From assembly GCF_963506605.1 (NCBI RefSeq), contig NC_083288.1, positions 37,758,001-37,822,000 on the forward strand: 64,000 bases of DNA. Reading direction: 5' to 3'. The notes under the pieces are model-generated. The model worked only from the letters and a program-made list of their open reading frames with translations. It did no database searches and had not been told where the DNA came from. How positions within the stretch are numbered: position 1 is the stretch's first letter; each line of letters opens with the position of its first letter. Shown piece after piece: positions 12,340 through 24,888 of the stretch. Source of the DNA: Zootoca vivipara. Taxonomy: Eukaryota. A program made the translations under genes and the position numbers.

Positions 12340-13400
12340 CTGAATGTATGGCGTGACTCCGGGGGAAATCTTGTGGCGGAACCGAAGCTGGGAAGGAAAA
12401 CTGAGCCTGCTTCGGTTTACGGTGCCACGCGCATGCCCCAGGGACACGCACATCCCGCAGGTCCGCTCGGGGCCTAAAGGGAGCGACCCCCTCTCTGCAA
12501 AGGATCGCGCTTGGGAAGGGTCGGGTCATCGGGGCCACATCCTTACACCATCCTCTTTGCACCTCGGAACCGCAGGTCCTTCCCTATAGGAATCTCGAGG
12601 TCTCCGTAGCCTCCTTTTACCTCCCAAGTTCTTGCTTTTCGCTGGGCTCTCTCATCTCCGCATGTCAGGGCAGAGGGAGCGCGCTGCTCTCCATAAACCC
12701 AACATCACCCAGCCCCGGACAGAGCGCACAAGCGCAGCAGCTTCGGGGGCGCCTTCCGCGAGGGCCCCCTTTCCCGATCCCCGGGCCTGTAAACCTTAGC
12801 CTCGTTGCCAGCCCCCCCCCTTTGCCAGGATCTTTGTCCCTTCTCCCGCCCCCGGGACAGCGTACGGCCTGGCCTTTTCCAAGGTCCCTTGGTATTGTGC
12901 GCAGCTGGGTGCCTTCCGGCGAAGGCTCCCCCTTTCCTCCCCAGCCCCTCACCCGCGCTGCGCTGCCACCCCTTACCGTCTCCATAGCCCCCCTGCACGG
13001 CTCGCAGCACGCGAGGGGTTAAGCCCGGCAGACAATGCACCACCACCAGGCCCAGCTCCGCCTCCTCCTGCCCGCCTGGCCCTCCCGCTTGGCTCCGCTC
13101 CCCCCTTCCCTTCTCCGGCGCACCAGGAGCACTAGGAACCAGACTGGAGATCTCTTGCGTGTGCAGCCTTCCGACCTCCCTCCCCCCCCCACATCTCCCA
13201 CCAGGCAGGGACAAGAGCTGATGGGGGGGGCGGTTGTCAGGGGTGGAATCACACTCCCCGCCCTAATCCCCATGGCAAAAGCCGAAGGGCTCCGTGGATG
13301 AGTCGTGGCGGGCGCGCGGAGACAGCGCGCGTTGTAGTAAAATGACCTTGGGTAATTCATTTCTTCACCCACGCACGCGTTGTTAGCCAGCCAGCCTGGC
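12340..13400. promoter_or_regulatory. CpG island / promoter and probable 5'UTR exon of the zinc-finger gene (possibly shared with TBRG1)
   Basis: Visibly GC- and CpG-rich; minus-strand donor gag|gtaaaa near 12620; lies between divergent genes. Confidence 0.6.
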
Positions 13401-14007
13401 TGGATCAGATTATGTCCGTAGGGCAGAAATACTGTTTCATTAGTCCCACGAGAATAGAGGACAACGGGGGGGGGGGGAAGGAAACCTACTTGGCATTCCC
13501 CAGTGGGGAAAGGGTTAGAAAAATAGATTGCCCCCAAGACACTGTGTATTAGGAAAGGAGTGTCAATTGCTTAATAGGCAATGACTTAATAGGCGCCACC
13601 CCAAATATGCTTTCTTATGCTTTCAGTGACAGGAATGACATAGTGCCCCCAGAGCATGTGAAGTCAAGGCGAAATTGTCTTTGAACTCGTGCAGAGGCCC
13701 TAAGTAAGCAATCTTTTAAAAATTTAATTCCGGAATTTACTGCCACACGATGTTCCGGGGGGGGGGGGGGAGACTAGCTTAGGTGGTTTACACGCACTCA
13801 GAAGTCTCACGGTCCACTTTACCTATCTAATACTGGATGTCATTGTCAAATATCAGATACCATCAGATGTCGCTGAAATTCAGTGTTAGGATGTAGAAAA
13901 GAATATTAGGCCTAACATATTTGGCACGAAATTTTGCAGGAGGGGATTTTGAGGTGGATTTGTGCGGCCATTTCCGCCTAGCTCTGGTGACATTTAACAT
14001 GAAACAA

Positions 14008-14360
14008 GCTGGAGGAGACTCTTGAGAGTCCCATGGACTGCTAGAAGATCAAACCTATCCATTCTTAAGGAAATCAGCCCTGAGTGCTCCCTGGAAGGAC
14101 AGATCGTGAAGCTGAGGCTCCAATACTTTGGCCACCTCATGAGAAGAGAAGAATCCTTGGAAAAGACCCTGATGTTGGGAAAGATTGAGGGCACTAGGAG
14201 AAGGGGACGACAGAGGACAAGATGGTTGGACAGTGTTCTCGAAGCTACGAACATGAGTTTGACCAAACTGCGGGAGGCAGTGCAAGACAGGAGTGCCTGG
14301 CGTGCTATGGTCCATGGGGTCACGAAGAGTCGGACACGACTAAACGACTAAACAACAACA
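14008..14360 (+). mobile_element. BovB LINE 3' fragment
   Basis: Same BovB 3' sequence with (aac)n tail. Confidence 0.92.
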
Positions 14361-16532
14361 AAGCTTTGTTAGCATATTGCACACCTCATAAGAAAAAAAA
14401 ATGGAAAAGTGAGTCAGGCCATTGGTCCATCTCGCTCAATACTGTCAACATTGATTGCGGCGATTGGGCCTCCCGGCAGTACCTGAGATGCAATTACTTG
14501 AACCTGGTACCGCCCCCCCCCTTGGTAAATAAGACTCCCCACTTCCTTCTCAGCCGGAATTCTGGCTTCCATCCCTAACCGCTTCCTAGAATCCAGTTGC
14601 AGATTTTGTCTCCTGGCGGGGCTCCTGTGCTATTTAACAGCTGTAGGGCTATATGACTTTTCTCCGGCCTAGAGAGACAGCGATGCAGCAGTGCAGGGCT
14701 GGCTCTGAGCCGGACGCAACCAAGAGGGCTTTTTGCATTGTGACCAGCATCGTTCAGGACCTTTCAGTCCACATTCTGACATTATTACCCCTCGGCGTCG
14801 CTGATGCCCCGCCCGAAGCAAAAGGTTAACGACCCTTCCTCGCCCCCCCCCCGCCCTTCCCATATTGGAAACCAGGCTGTCCTTTTGTCCAGGGAGGAAA
14901 GGGTTACGCAGGCGGGGCACAGGGAAGCTTCCGGTCCCCGCCAGAGCTTCCGGGAGAGCAAAGGGAGCAGCAGCAGCAGCAGCAGCAGCAACATTGGGGT
15001 GAGAAGCTGGGGGCTGCAAATGAAAGAGGGGAATGGGGGGGGATCCCGTGGCTGAGCATCGATTGTTTGCAGGCAGTTGCATTATTTGCAGCCGCTTCCT
15101 TGGCAAAAGCGTTTGTTAAGCATATGTTAGCAGCGACGCCCAAATTCAGCATAAATTGCAACTCGGGTCCTGCTTTAGGCTTGCATCTGGTTGACCGCTG
15201 TGAGAGCAGAGGTGGTAGGGTAACTTAAGTTTTGCTCAGGAGTAGGCCTGTTGAAATGAACGGGCCCTAGCTTCGTCATGCCCATTAATTTCACTGGGTC
15301 TGCCTTGAGTAAAACTTACACGACAGATCCACACCATACGTTTAAAGCATGCGGCATCTCCAAAGGACCCCGGGAATTGTAGTTTTTACCCTTGCAAATC
15401 TGCAGTTCACAGCACCCTTAGCAAAGCATAACTCTGGGGATTCTTAGGGGTGGGAGCCATGAGCTGTAAACGAGTGTTGCATGTGTTTTACATGCACTGT
15501 ATGGCGTGTGTATAGGACGAATACCTAGACTAGATGGGCCATTGGCCTGGTCTGTCGTGATCCTACTGCCAGTACATTTCACTGCGTCACCCTGAGTCCT
15601 TTTTGTTGTTACCACCCTTCATCTGAGGATCACAGGGCGGTATGGTCTAATATGGGACAGGGATGTGGGAAAACACATATCCACACTATATATCAGGATT
15701 GGGGAACCTGTGGCTCTCCAGATATTGCACTCCAGTTCCCTTCAGCCTACAGCCAGTGTGATCAATGGCCAGAGATTATGGTTACAATTCAGCAACCTCT
15801 GGAGGTTCCCCATTCTTGCTATACATAATTTTATAAACTGCTATCAAAGCTCTCTAAACTCTTTGGCTATGGCTTCCTCATTCCATTGCCATTCCGGAGA
15901 GGAGCTTTGCTATGTATTCCTAGTTTTTTGGAGGTTGTTTATAATATTTTCTGTTACTCTAGTTTACCCCACTGTTACAGAACTGCCTGCCCTTTGTTTG
16001 ATGCTTTTAATATCTAAAAATAAGAAACTGGCCAGGAAGTCATGCCTTTCAAAATCCCGTTTTTTACCGCTGCTGGAGGGAAATGGTAGCAAAATGGGAT
16101 TGATTAAAAACTATGTTGGAATGGAAAACTCATGCAATTTCCTTGTAGGAGATTCTTTGAGCAGATGCTGCTAAGAACCCACAGCGAGCCTTCAGCATCA
16201 TGTGCAGGTGACGGTCCATTTGTGTGTGGGGAGGGGGGAGAGAGATCCTATGTACTTTTGAGCATAATTTCAGGCACCCCTGAAGGTACAAAAACATTGT
16301 GCGTGGGTTTAGGGAAAGCAGTACACCCAAGGTGAATACTGTTCCTCTGAATGTGTATCTGAGCCTTTTTAGCATTATGAAATATGGTTACTCACGCTGA
16401 TCCTGAGAGATAATATTGAGTGGAAATGTCTGTATGTTGTTTGTGTGTGTGTGTGTATTGCAATTGCCTCTTGCATCTTTTCTCCTCCCCAGCTTTTGTC
16501 TGCTCAAGCAAGCCCTGCCCGCTCCCTTTGCC

Positions 16533-17555
16533 ATGAAGAAAACCCTACGCAAAAACCAAGGCGAGCGTTACCGCCTGAAATTCCGGCGCCTGCGCCGTGC
16601 GGCCAAACTGCTGGTTTACGAGAACGCAGCTCTGTGCGACGAGATTGCCAGGCTCGAGGCAAAATACCTGCGTGTCCGTGAAGAGCGCCGGTTCCTGCTC
16701 GCTCGCCTACTGCAAGCGCAAGCCCTGGCGGAAGACGAGCCTCCTTTGCCGGCCACCGCTTCAGCTTCACAGCCCTCGCCGGATGAGCCGGCTGCCCGCA
16801 AGCCCCGCCGAGAACGCAAAGGCAAAGAGAATGGCCGGGCCTCCAAGCGCAGGGTGGCCCCCGAGCTTGGTGTCCGCCGGCTGGTTCCGCCACTTCCCTT
16901 GGATCCTTCCGGCCGGCCGGTTTTACCCATTGCGTTGGGTCCGCTGACTGTCTACAGCTTGGGGGAAATTGTTTCCGACCGCCCAGGCTTCCACACGGAG
17001 ACGGCCATCTATCCCGTCGGCTACTGCAGCACCAGGATCTTCGCCAGCACCCGCAGACCAGTCCACCGCTGCCTCTACACCTGCCAGATCAAGGACGGTG
17101 GCGGCGGGCCACACTTTGAGATTGCCCCCGAGGACGAGCCGGGCTGCGTGGTCGCTGGCTCCACTCCCGACGCCTGCCACGCCCAGCTTCTCGAGGCTGT
17201 GGGAGCAGCGCAACTCGAGCCGGCAGGGGCCGAGTTCTTTGGCCTCTCCCACCCGGCCATTCAGCACCTCATCCAGAGCTGCCCAGGAGCTCGCAAGTGC
17301 AGCGGGTACCGCTGGCTGCGCTTTGAGGTGTGCCGCCAAGCGGATGGCCCCCCTCCTGAGGGGTTGCCCTTGGGAAACCCTGGGACTGACTATGAGGCTT
17401 TCCAAAGCCAAGGCCTGGCGGGACCTGTGGGCCTGGACTTCCCCACCGCCACCCCTTCCCCACCGAGCGGCAATGGATATGCAGAACTTTTTCTGCCCTG
17501 TGGTCCCTCAGGAGGCTCCCCCATCCCCCAAAGCCCAGAGAGTGACACGGACTGA
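16533..17555 (+). CDS. TBRG1: TBRG1 (transforming growth factor beta regulator 1 / NIAM) homologue, 340 aa, single coding exon, FYRN/FYRC domains
   Basis: MKKTLRKNQGERYRLKFRRLRRAAKLLVYENAALCDEIARLE...LDPSGRPVLPIALGPLTVYSLGEIVSDRPGFH..AIYPVGYCSTRIFAS..CLYTCQIKDGG..FFGLSHPAIQHLIQSCPGARKC matches my recollection of TBRG1. gccATG is at 16533, a polypyrimidine/AG acceptor ends at 16492 (5'UTR intron) and AATAAA is at 18109-18114. Confidence 0.92.
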   Translation: MKKTLRKNQGERYRLKFRRLRRAAKLLVYENAALCDEIARLEAKYLRVREERRFLLARLLQAQALAEDEPPLPATASASQPSPDEPAARKPRRERKGKENGRASKRRVAPELGVRRLVPPLPLDPSGRPVLPIALGPLTVYSLGEIVSDRPGFHTETAIYPVGYCSTRIFASTRRPVHRCLYTCQIKDGGGGPHFEIAPEDEPGCVVAGSTPDACHAQLLEAVGAAQLEPAGAEFFGLSHPAIQHLIQSCPGARKCSGYRWLRFEVCRQADGPPPEGLPLGNPGTDYEAFQSQGLAGPVGLDFPTATPSPPSGNGYAELFLPCGPSGGSPIPQSPESDTD

Positions 17556-18407
17556 ATTGGGCCAGAAGCCACAGGCCAGAGCCGTCCATTATTGCACCCG
17601 AGTTTTCTAGTAGCTGCAACTGCGTAGATGTCATAAACTGCTAGTTCTATACAAAGGGTCTGCTTTGAAACTGGTGTTGTCTCTCTTATTCTTCATGGGC
17701 ATCAGTTTGCATGGAGACACCCTAACAGGGGTAGCCAGTGTGGTGCCCTGCAGATGCAGTTGGACTACAGCTCCCATCAGCCAGAGCTAGTATGGCCAAT
17801 GATCAGGGATGATGGGAATTGCAGTCTTAACAGCACCCGGAGGGTGCTGTGTTGGCTATTTCTCCCCTGGAGTAGCCATGTATTTACATTCTCACACACT
17901 ATTGAAACAAGTACTTCAAATGATTGCTTGTCAATTTTCTTCTTTCGGTGTTTCTACTTTAATGAAAATCACTCTCACTAATGGTTGGGGGTTTCTCTGG
18001 GTTGAGCCAGAGCAGAATTAGGGCAATATTGGCTGAATCATGTGGGCACACTTAACTCTCCACAAAGAGACATTTGCATCGGAGGACTCATCAGTGAAAC
18101 CTGTTTGTAATAAAGCTTTTGAAAATTTTCCTCTGCCTGCAGGAATCTTTGAGATCAGGTATGTGAGAACACAGTTCCATTAAAGGATTCTCTCTTGTGG
18201 ACTTCTCGGTCTCCACAATCTCCCAGGTTTTGGCATAGCTGCCAAGTTTTCCCTTTTCTCACGAGGAAGCCTATTCAGCATAAGGGAAAATCCCTTTAAA
18301 AAAGGGATAACTTGGCAGCTATGGGTTTTGGTCAGCTTTTGGTAATAGTTGGGAGGCCTGGATTTTTTCAGGGTAGGAAGCAGTGGGTAGTCTCTTAATG
18401 GTACATA

Positions 18408-18754
18408 AAGGTAAAGGGACCCCTGACCATTAGGTCCAGTCGTGACCGACTCTGGGGTTGTGCGCTCATCTCGCATTATTGGCCGAGGGAGCCGGCGTAT
18501 AGCTTCCAGGTCATGTGGCCAGCATGACAAAGCCGCTTCTGGCAAACCAGAGCAGCACATGGAAACGCTGTTTACCTTCCCGCTGTAGCGGTTCCTATTT
18601 ATCTACTTGCATTTTGACGTGCTTTCAAACTGCTAGGTTGGCAGGAGCTGGGACCAAGCAACGGGAGCTCACCCCGTCACAGGGATTCGAACCGCCGACC
18701 TTCTGATCAGCAAGCCCTAGGCTCAGTGGTTTAACCACAGCGCCACCTGGGTCC
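18408..18754 (-). mobile_element. Sauria SINE
   Basis: Full-length reverse copy with TSD cttaatggtacata. Confidence 0.9.
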
Positions 18755-19950
18755 CTTAATGGTACATACTATATAACAAAAACCAGTTTCAGACTAAAAT
18801 GGCGGATACAGCTTCTGCCAAAAAAAAACCCACTGCCATCCTGAACCAGAGCACATTGATGCAGAAATATGTTCCCACTCTTTGTAGTAAGTTATTCTTT
18901 GTAGTTTTGCAGGTGTACTGGGAATTCTGTAGATTCTTCACAAAATGACAGTGTATAGCATAGAGCTATCGTGTAAAAGCCACAGTACATAAACATGCAG
19001 AGACTGAAAGGACAGGTACTTGGAAAGAGACGAAGGAGTTAATTTTCACATAGTGAGGCGCTGGTAGACGTCCAGTGAATTCCACACTCTCACATACACC
19101 CAATGCAGGCACAGGGAGATGCTTAAAATGCAGGTATCCACCTGTTAATATCACACATTCGTATGCACAGCCACCAAACAAATACCAAAATGGCAGCAGC
19201 CTCATGTGCAGAGAGTAACCCACACCTGCTCTCACATGCAGCTACAAAGGCAGGTAGGTGTTCAATTTACATACATCAACAAGGGAACACTCGGCATTCA
19301 TACACAAATAGTTTTGAAGACACATGTACTAGCTGCCAACATACTCCCAAACACTCGCTCTCTAGCATGAAGGAAGTGTAGAGAGAGTGCATTCAGGCAC
19401 AAGGCAGAAGTTTCCCTTGGCTAGCTCTCAACTCTTATGGGGATCCCTCCTCTGGACACATAATGAGAAAACAAGCTTGACCCAGTATTTGTGGGAGCCT
19501 CCATTGGTGGGGTAATGGCCAATCCTCTTACTCATTTCCTGTCAAAACTCCTTAGTCCCACTTCTACTCTATGCAACAGAACCAGAAGGCTACAGCAAAC
19601 ACAAAACTTTAATTAGCTTTCTCCAAACGGCAGGCAACACTTGGGATAAAGACATGAACCGTGGCTTGTTGAACACACCATTTTCTGCCTCTTTACAACA
19701 AATGTCTTCCAAGGCAAAATACATGTGAGCTTTCAGGCTGCTTCCACCACACTTAAAAACATGACACCTGCTTTCAGCCTCGTTCTGCTTTGCAGCCTTC
19801 CTCTCTTACAAAATGGACAATGTTATCAAAGGTTTTTGCCCTTGCAGGGCTATTGAGCAACCACACACCTCCAAACAATGCCTGAGAAAACAAAAGTCCC
19901 ATTTGGGCATTGAGTCAAGTGAGGGGTAGTGAGGCATCCAGTAACTATGC

Positions 19951-20085
19951 CAGGCATCCCTAAACTGCAGCCCTCCAGATTTTTGGCCTACAACTCCCAT
20001 GATCCCTAGCTAACAGGACCAGTGGTCAGGGATGATGGGAATTGTAGTCCAAAACATCTGGAGGGCAGAAGTTTGGGGATGCCTG
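19951..20085. mobile_element. hAT-type MITE
   Basis: Same TIRs; TSD aactatgc. Confidence 0.88.
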
Positions 20086-20592
20086 AACTATGCCATTGCT
20101 GGCTCATGAATAACCTCAATTCATTGGCCTTTCCTGGGTCATCCATAAGACTAAAAGTCCATGGACCTTGCTTCAGTCCTGGAACTCCAGAGAACGTTGC
20201 GGCTTCAAGAAGGAGGCCTTTGTAGTGAACACTCCTTGGATTTTTCCAGCAGAAGAAGTGTGCAAAGCAGGGCCAAAATCCAACCTTGCCAGAGTGCTCA
20301 CTTGACATCCACAGCTGCTCGAGGGCCCATTAGATTTGCTCACAGTGTGGGCCTGCCTTCAGGCAAGGTACCATTAACTACGAGAGAAAAGTCCAGCAGG
20401 GGAGACGAGTGGAAGCCTCCGCAGCACAGTAACCCTCATTCCTGGCTGCCACCCTTAACAGCTCAGAAAAAGCACCTCAGATTTGACCTTGCAGCAAAGT
20501 TTCTGACATGGTGCACATCACGCCACAGCTTATAACAGTCTTCTGCCGCTCCCACTGACGCCGAGAGAGGTTCTCCAGGGAGGCTCACCAAT

Positions 20593-21409
20593 CTATGCAA
20601 TATTGTCGTACACGCGGACGACATCCAGGTTGTTCCGCAGAGCCTCCAGCAGCTGCAACGCCTGACCCATCTGCTCGTCCGATAACTGGGCGCTGAAGGT
20701 CGGGATGAACTCAAAGCCGGCAGAGACAGTACAGAGGCCCAGCGAGTTGAGCTTTTCACGGACCTGGTGCAATGTTGGCACAGCGCAAACGAACTGGGCA
20801 GAAGGGAGCAAAAGAAGAAAGGCATTCAGCCACAAACGCTTTGCAGACTTGAACACGGTAGTGCAGCTGCATCAGAAACCTGCCTCTCACCTTCAGAAGC
20901 ATCTTCTCGTTCTCATCCTCCTCCTCTTGGACGTCTTCCGCTCCAGCCTCAATAGCCAGCTCTAGGGCCTGGTCCAAGGTGACGGTGCTGCCGGACCGGT
21001 TCTCGCTGCTCACCGCGACGACGCCCTTCTTCACAAAGCTATGTTGAGCCCCGTCAACAAGTTGTCCCCTGCAGGGAACACAAAGTGGGGGGCAGCAATC
21101 CGCCCGCCCCAGCACAGACATTAAGTGATAGTGAACCACAAGATCTAAGACTATAATAAGACGTTCTAAACTAGAAGCAGTGTGGGAATACAGTTTGCTG
21201 AGAGGCTGCATATAGAACTAATGCCTGACGTGCAGGCCGCAGTCTTGTATCATTATTTAACCATGTTCTTTCCAGAGAAATCAGGTTCCTACAGTCCCAC
21301 CTCCAACTTACTAGAGTACATTCCTCTCCTCCCAGAGAGAAACTGAAAAAAACCTCAACCAAAACACCCCTTATTGCAGGCTTCCCCAACCCAGAGACTT
21401 CAAAGTACT

Positions 21410-21459
<50 letters not shown>

Positions 21460-24400
21460 TTATTATTTATACCCCGCCCATCTGGCCGGGTTCCCCCAGC
21501 CACTCTGGGCGGCTTCCAACAAAATACTAAAATATAGAAATCCATCAAACATTAAAAGCTTCCCTAAATAGGGCTGCCTTGAGATGCCTTTGGACTACAA
21601 CTCCCATAAGCCCCCGTCAAAGCAGTCATGCTCGCTGGCAGCAGATGGTAGCTGGAGTACAAAATGTCTCAAGGGCATCAGGTTGGGCAAGGCTGGCATT
21701 TTGACACACACTGAACGCCAAAAGCCCCAGTCAATACAGCCAAAGGTCACAGGTGGGAGTTGTGGTCCAACAACAGTAGGAGAGCCATGGCTTCCCCTTC
21801 CTTGCTGCAGCCCAATAGGCAGCTGGAAAAACCACATCCTCTGGCCATGTTTGGGTTCTTTTAAAATAAAAATAATAATAATTATTTATAATAATTAGCG
21901 GCTTCCAACAGAATATTAAAAGCACAATAAAAAAAAATCAAAATTTTCCCTAAACAGGGCTGCCTTCAGATGTCTTCTAAAAGTCAGATAGTTGTTTATT
22001 TCCTTGACATCTGGTGGGAGGGCGTTCCACAGGGCAGACGCCACTACCAAGAAGGTGCTCTGCCTGGTTCCCTGTAGCTTCACATCTCGCAGTGAAGGAA
22101 CTGCCAGAAGGCCCTTGGAGCTGGACCTCAGTGTTCGGGCCAAATGATGGGGGTGGAGACACTCCTTCAGGTATACTGGGTCGAGGCTGTTTAGAGCTTT
22201 AAAGGTCAGCACCAACACTTTGAACTGTGCTCGGAAACGTACTGGGAGCCAATGTAGTTCAACGGCCACTCCCAGTCACCAGTCTAGCTGCCACATTCTG
22301 GATTAGTTGCAGTTTCCGGGTCACCTTCAAAGGTAGCCACACGTAGAGCGCATTGCAGTAGTCCAAGCGGGAGATAAGGAGAAGAAGAAGAGAAGAGTTT
22401 GGATTTGATATCCCGCTTTATCACTACCCGAAGGAGTCTCAAAGCGGCTAACAATCTCCTTTCCCCTCCTCCCCCACAACAGACACTCTGTGAGGTGGGT
22501 GGGGCTGAGAGACTTCAGAGAAGTGTGACTAGCCCAAGGTCACCCAGCAGCTGCATGTGGAGGAGCGGAGACGCAAACCCGGTTCCCCAGATTACGAGTC
22601 TGCCGCTCTTAACCACTACACCACACTGATAACCAGAGCATGCAACACTCCAGCAAGACAGTCTGCAGGCAGGTAGAGTCTCAGCCTGCGTACCAGATGG
22701 AGCTGGTAAACAGCAGCCCTGGATACAGAAACTTCCTCACATGTTCCCCATCATGTAGAGATGGGGTGGGGAGAGCAAGGATGTGCTGTCCCCACCACCT
22801 CTGTCCTGCCCCTGATATCCCAACCCCATGGCCCTCCAAGCACTGGGGTTGAATGTTTGCAGCTGCAACACTGAAATGCATGGGGAGTCTGCCTGAGTAG
22901 AAGAGCCATTGGAGGTTGAGCCCCAACAAGTAAGAGGGTGGGACAGTGAGGAACATGGAGGAGAAGGAGCAGCCAACATCTGCTGCCCACCATCGCCGTA
23001 TGATGGGGAATGCTTGAACTTCTCCAGTCCGAAGGGAATCCAGAAAAGCCACACTGTGACCATCGGGAAGCAAATAATCCAGAACCCTCTCCTCCAACCC
23101 AGTAAGACCCTCTCAAGCACTGCAAGCCAGGGGTGGCCCCCACCCCCAGCTGACCACTTAACCCCCATACTAACCCGTGTTTGTTCAGAAGATGCCGGAT
23201 ATCATTAGAGGACCTTTTCGCACTGTCCGTCAGTATCTCAATTAGTAGGGTGCAACCACCAGGGCCTCGCACCCCATACAGCAAGTAGGACGATTTGATT
23301 TTTTCCTACCGAAAAAGAAAAGTTGAAAAGAACAGTAAGTTGCGTCTTGAGGGACAGACACACACATACACACAGATGATGGGAGTTGTAGATCAGCGCC
23401 ATGTGGAGAGTCAAAAGGTATTCCACTACTACTACTACTAATTTAAGTTGTGGGCAAGGGCAGTTTGGGTACACAAAGGATGGTGAGTGACACAGACCAA
23501 CCAACCCCTTTCCAACCACTACCATTTCCTTGTTACCCCGCCAGACACACACACACACACACAACTTTCTCACAACTTTCTCCGCTCTCACAAAAGAGGT
23601 GGCAGAATCCGCATCTGCACCCTGGCTCCAAACAGCTCAGAAACGTACCGCGCAGGTGAGTGCTGCTTCGATGGAGGCCTTGGGCATGCTCTTGCTGCGG
23701 CACTGCTCAATAATATTGGCGAGATTCGTGTTCAGTTCCGGGTTGGGTCCACCATCTGGCAAAGACAATGCAGGAAGACAGCAGATTACCCTTAAACAAA
23801 TGGTTTATCATAAAAAGTTATCTCGCTTCGTAGAATGATGGGAACACAAGAGGGTCTTTGTCCTGAAGCGTTTACAATCGAAAATTCAGCGTAAGGAAGA
23901 AACACCATGGACAGAATACCGTAATTGCCACACACAGGAAGAACAAGGGTGTAGTTTGAGTGCCTCGCTTGTAGTCTATAAATCCTTTAATGTGCCAACA
24001 TGAATAGAAGATGTTAATATTGCAGCTGTTGTATAAGGCAGTGTTTCCCAACCAGTGCACCTCCAGATGTTTTGGGACTACAACTCCCATCATTCCTGAC
24101 CACTGGTCTTGCTAGCTAGGGATGATGGGAGTTGTAGTCCCAAAACATCTGGAGGCACACTGGTTGGGAAACACTGGTATAAGGGATTATTATTTTGACT
24201 GGAAAGTAATTGAAATCAGTAAGATTTTGGAATGCACAAATAAAGAAAATCATCAAACCATCAAATCTAGTACGCGGGCGGCCACCTAAATTATATAATT
24301 CAGTATTTGAATGATTGGTATTAGTAATGGTATTATAATTTGCTGTTGTTATAATGAGGCTATTATTGGACTGTAGTTGAAATTTTTTAAATATCGGGGT

Positions 24401-24888
24401 GGGGGGGGAGAAAAAGAAAACTCAGCATAAGGGAGGGGAATGTAGCCTACTGCATTCTGTATAAATCTTGGGAGCTAGGGAACAGGAACTGCGGGGATGG
24501 CCACTGACCAGATTGGCTGCTCCAAGTATGTGGGCAAAGCTGGGTTTCACCCTGCTTGCCAGAGACCGGTGGCACACTTGCCACGCAGCAAGCGGAAACA
24601 TGGGAGCCTAGCTGTGTGCTAGGAATCTCCAGTTCCATTGCAGAATAGCAAGAGAAATCCTGCCGCTGTACCTCTTACAGCCAGTCGGATCAACATGGAA
24701 AGTTTCTGGAAGAGACGGGCCCGAGCTTCGTCCTTCGGACCCTTAATATTTTTGACCTTGGACCATTTGTTGTGTCCGGCGAAGGCAGCGCAGGAGGTGT
24801 GGACAGCGCGATGCGGGTGGTCCAGTAACATCAGAAGGTGTGGCCGGAAGAGGACCCGCATCCTCAGGAGACTGGAGCCTACAGACAT
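20593..24888 (-). CDS. TACO1: TACO1, translational activator of cytochrome c oxidase 1 (YebC/PmpR family), 277 aa; exons 24888-24672, 23755-23649, 23305-23175, 21068-20891, 20793-20593
   Basis: Motifs [64 protein letters not shown] and DVVRVYDNI. The N-terminus is Arg-rich and presequence-like. All five exons have GT-AG borders and sum to 834 nt in frame. Confidence 0.95.
21411..21458. repeat. (AAT)n microsatellite (LINE tail-derived)
   Basis: ~16 AAT units read directly. Confidence 0.95.
21880..22710 (-). mobile_element. L2-clade LINE 3' fragment, split by a SINE
   Basis: [23 protein letters not shown]...[11 protein letters not shown]...[10 protein letters not shown] is the L2 ORF2 end. 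Related fragments lie at ~9950-10160 (+), ~21460-21585 and ~32580-32940 (-). Confidence 0.8.
22378..22628 (-). mobile_element. Squam3-like tRNA-derived SINE inserted in the L2 fragment
   Basis: tRNA-like head (gtgtggtgtagtggttaagagc on -), purine-repeat tail on +, short gataa duplication at both ends. Confidence 0.65.
24039..24176. mobile_element. hAT-type MITE (cagtgttt TIR variant)
   Basis: Near-perfect palindrome; TSD gtataagg. Confidence 0.88.

Noticed and set aside
16416-16532. N-terminal extension of the 379-aa TBRG1 ORF
   Set aside because: It starts at TTG and runs through a TG repeat and a polypyrimidine/AG acceptor; homology starts at ATG 16533.
18080-18100. Other CTGATGA cores (minus strand ~18090 and ~28490) as hammerheads
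   Set aside because: No downstream GAAA or helix II/III can be formed.
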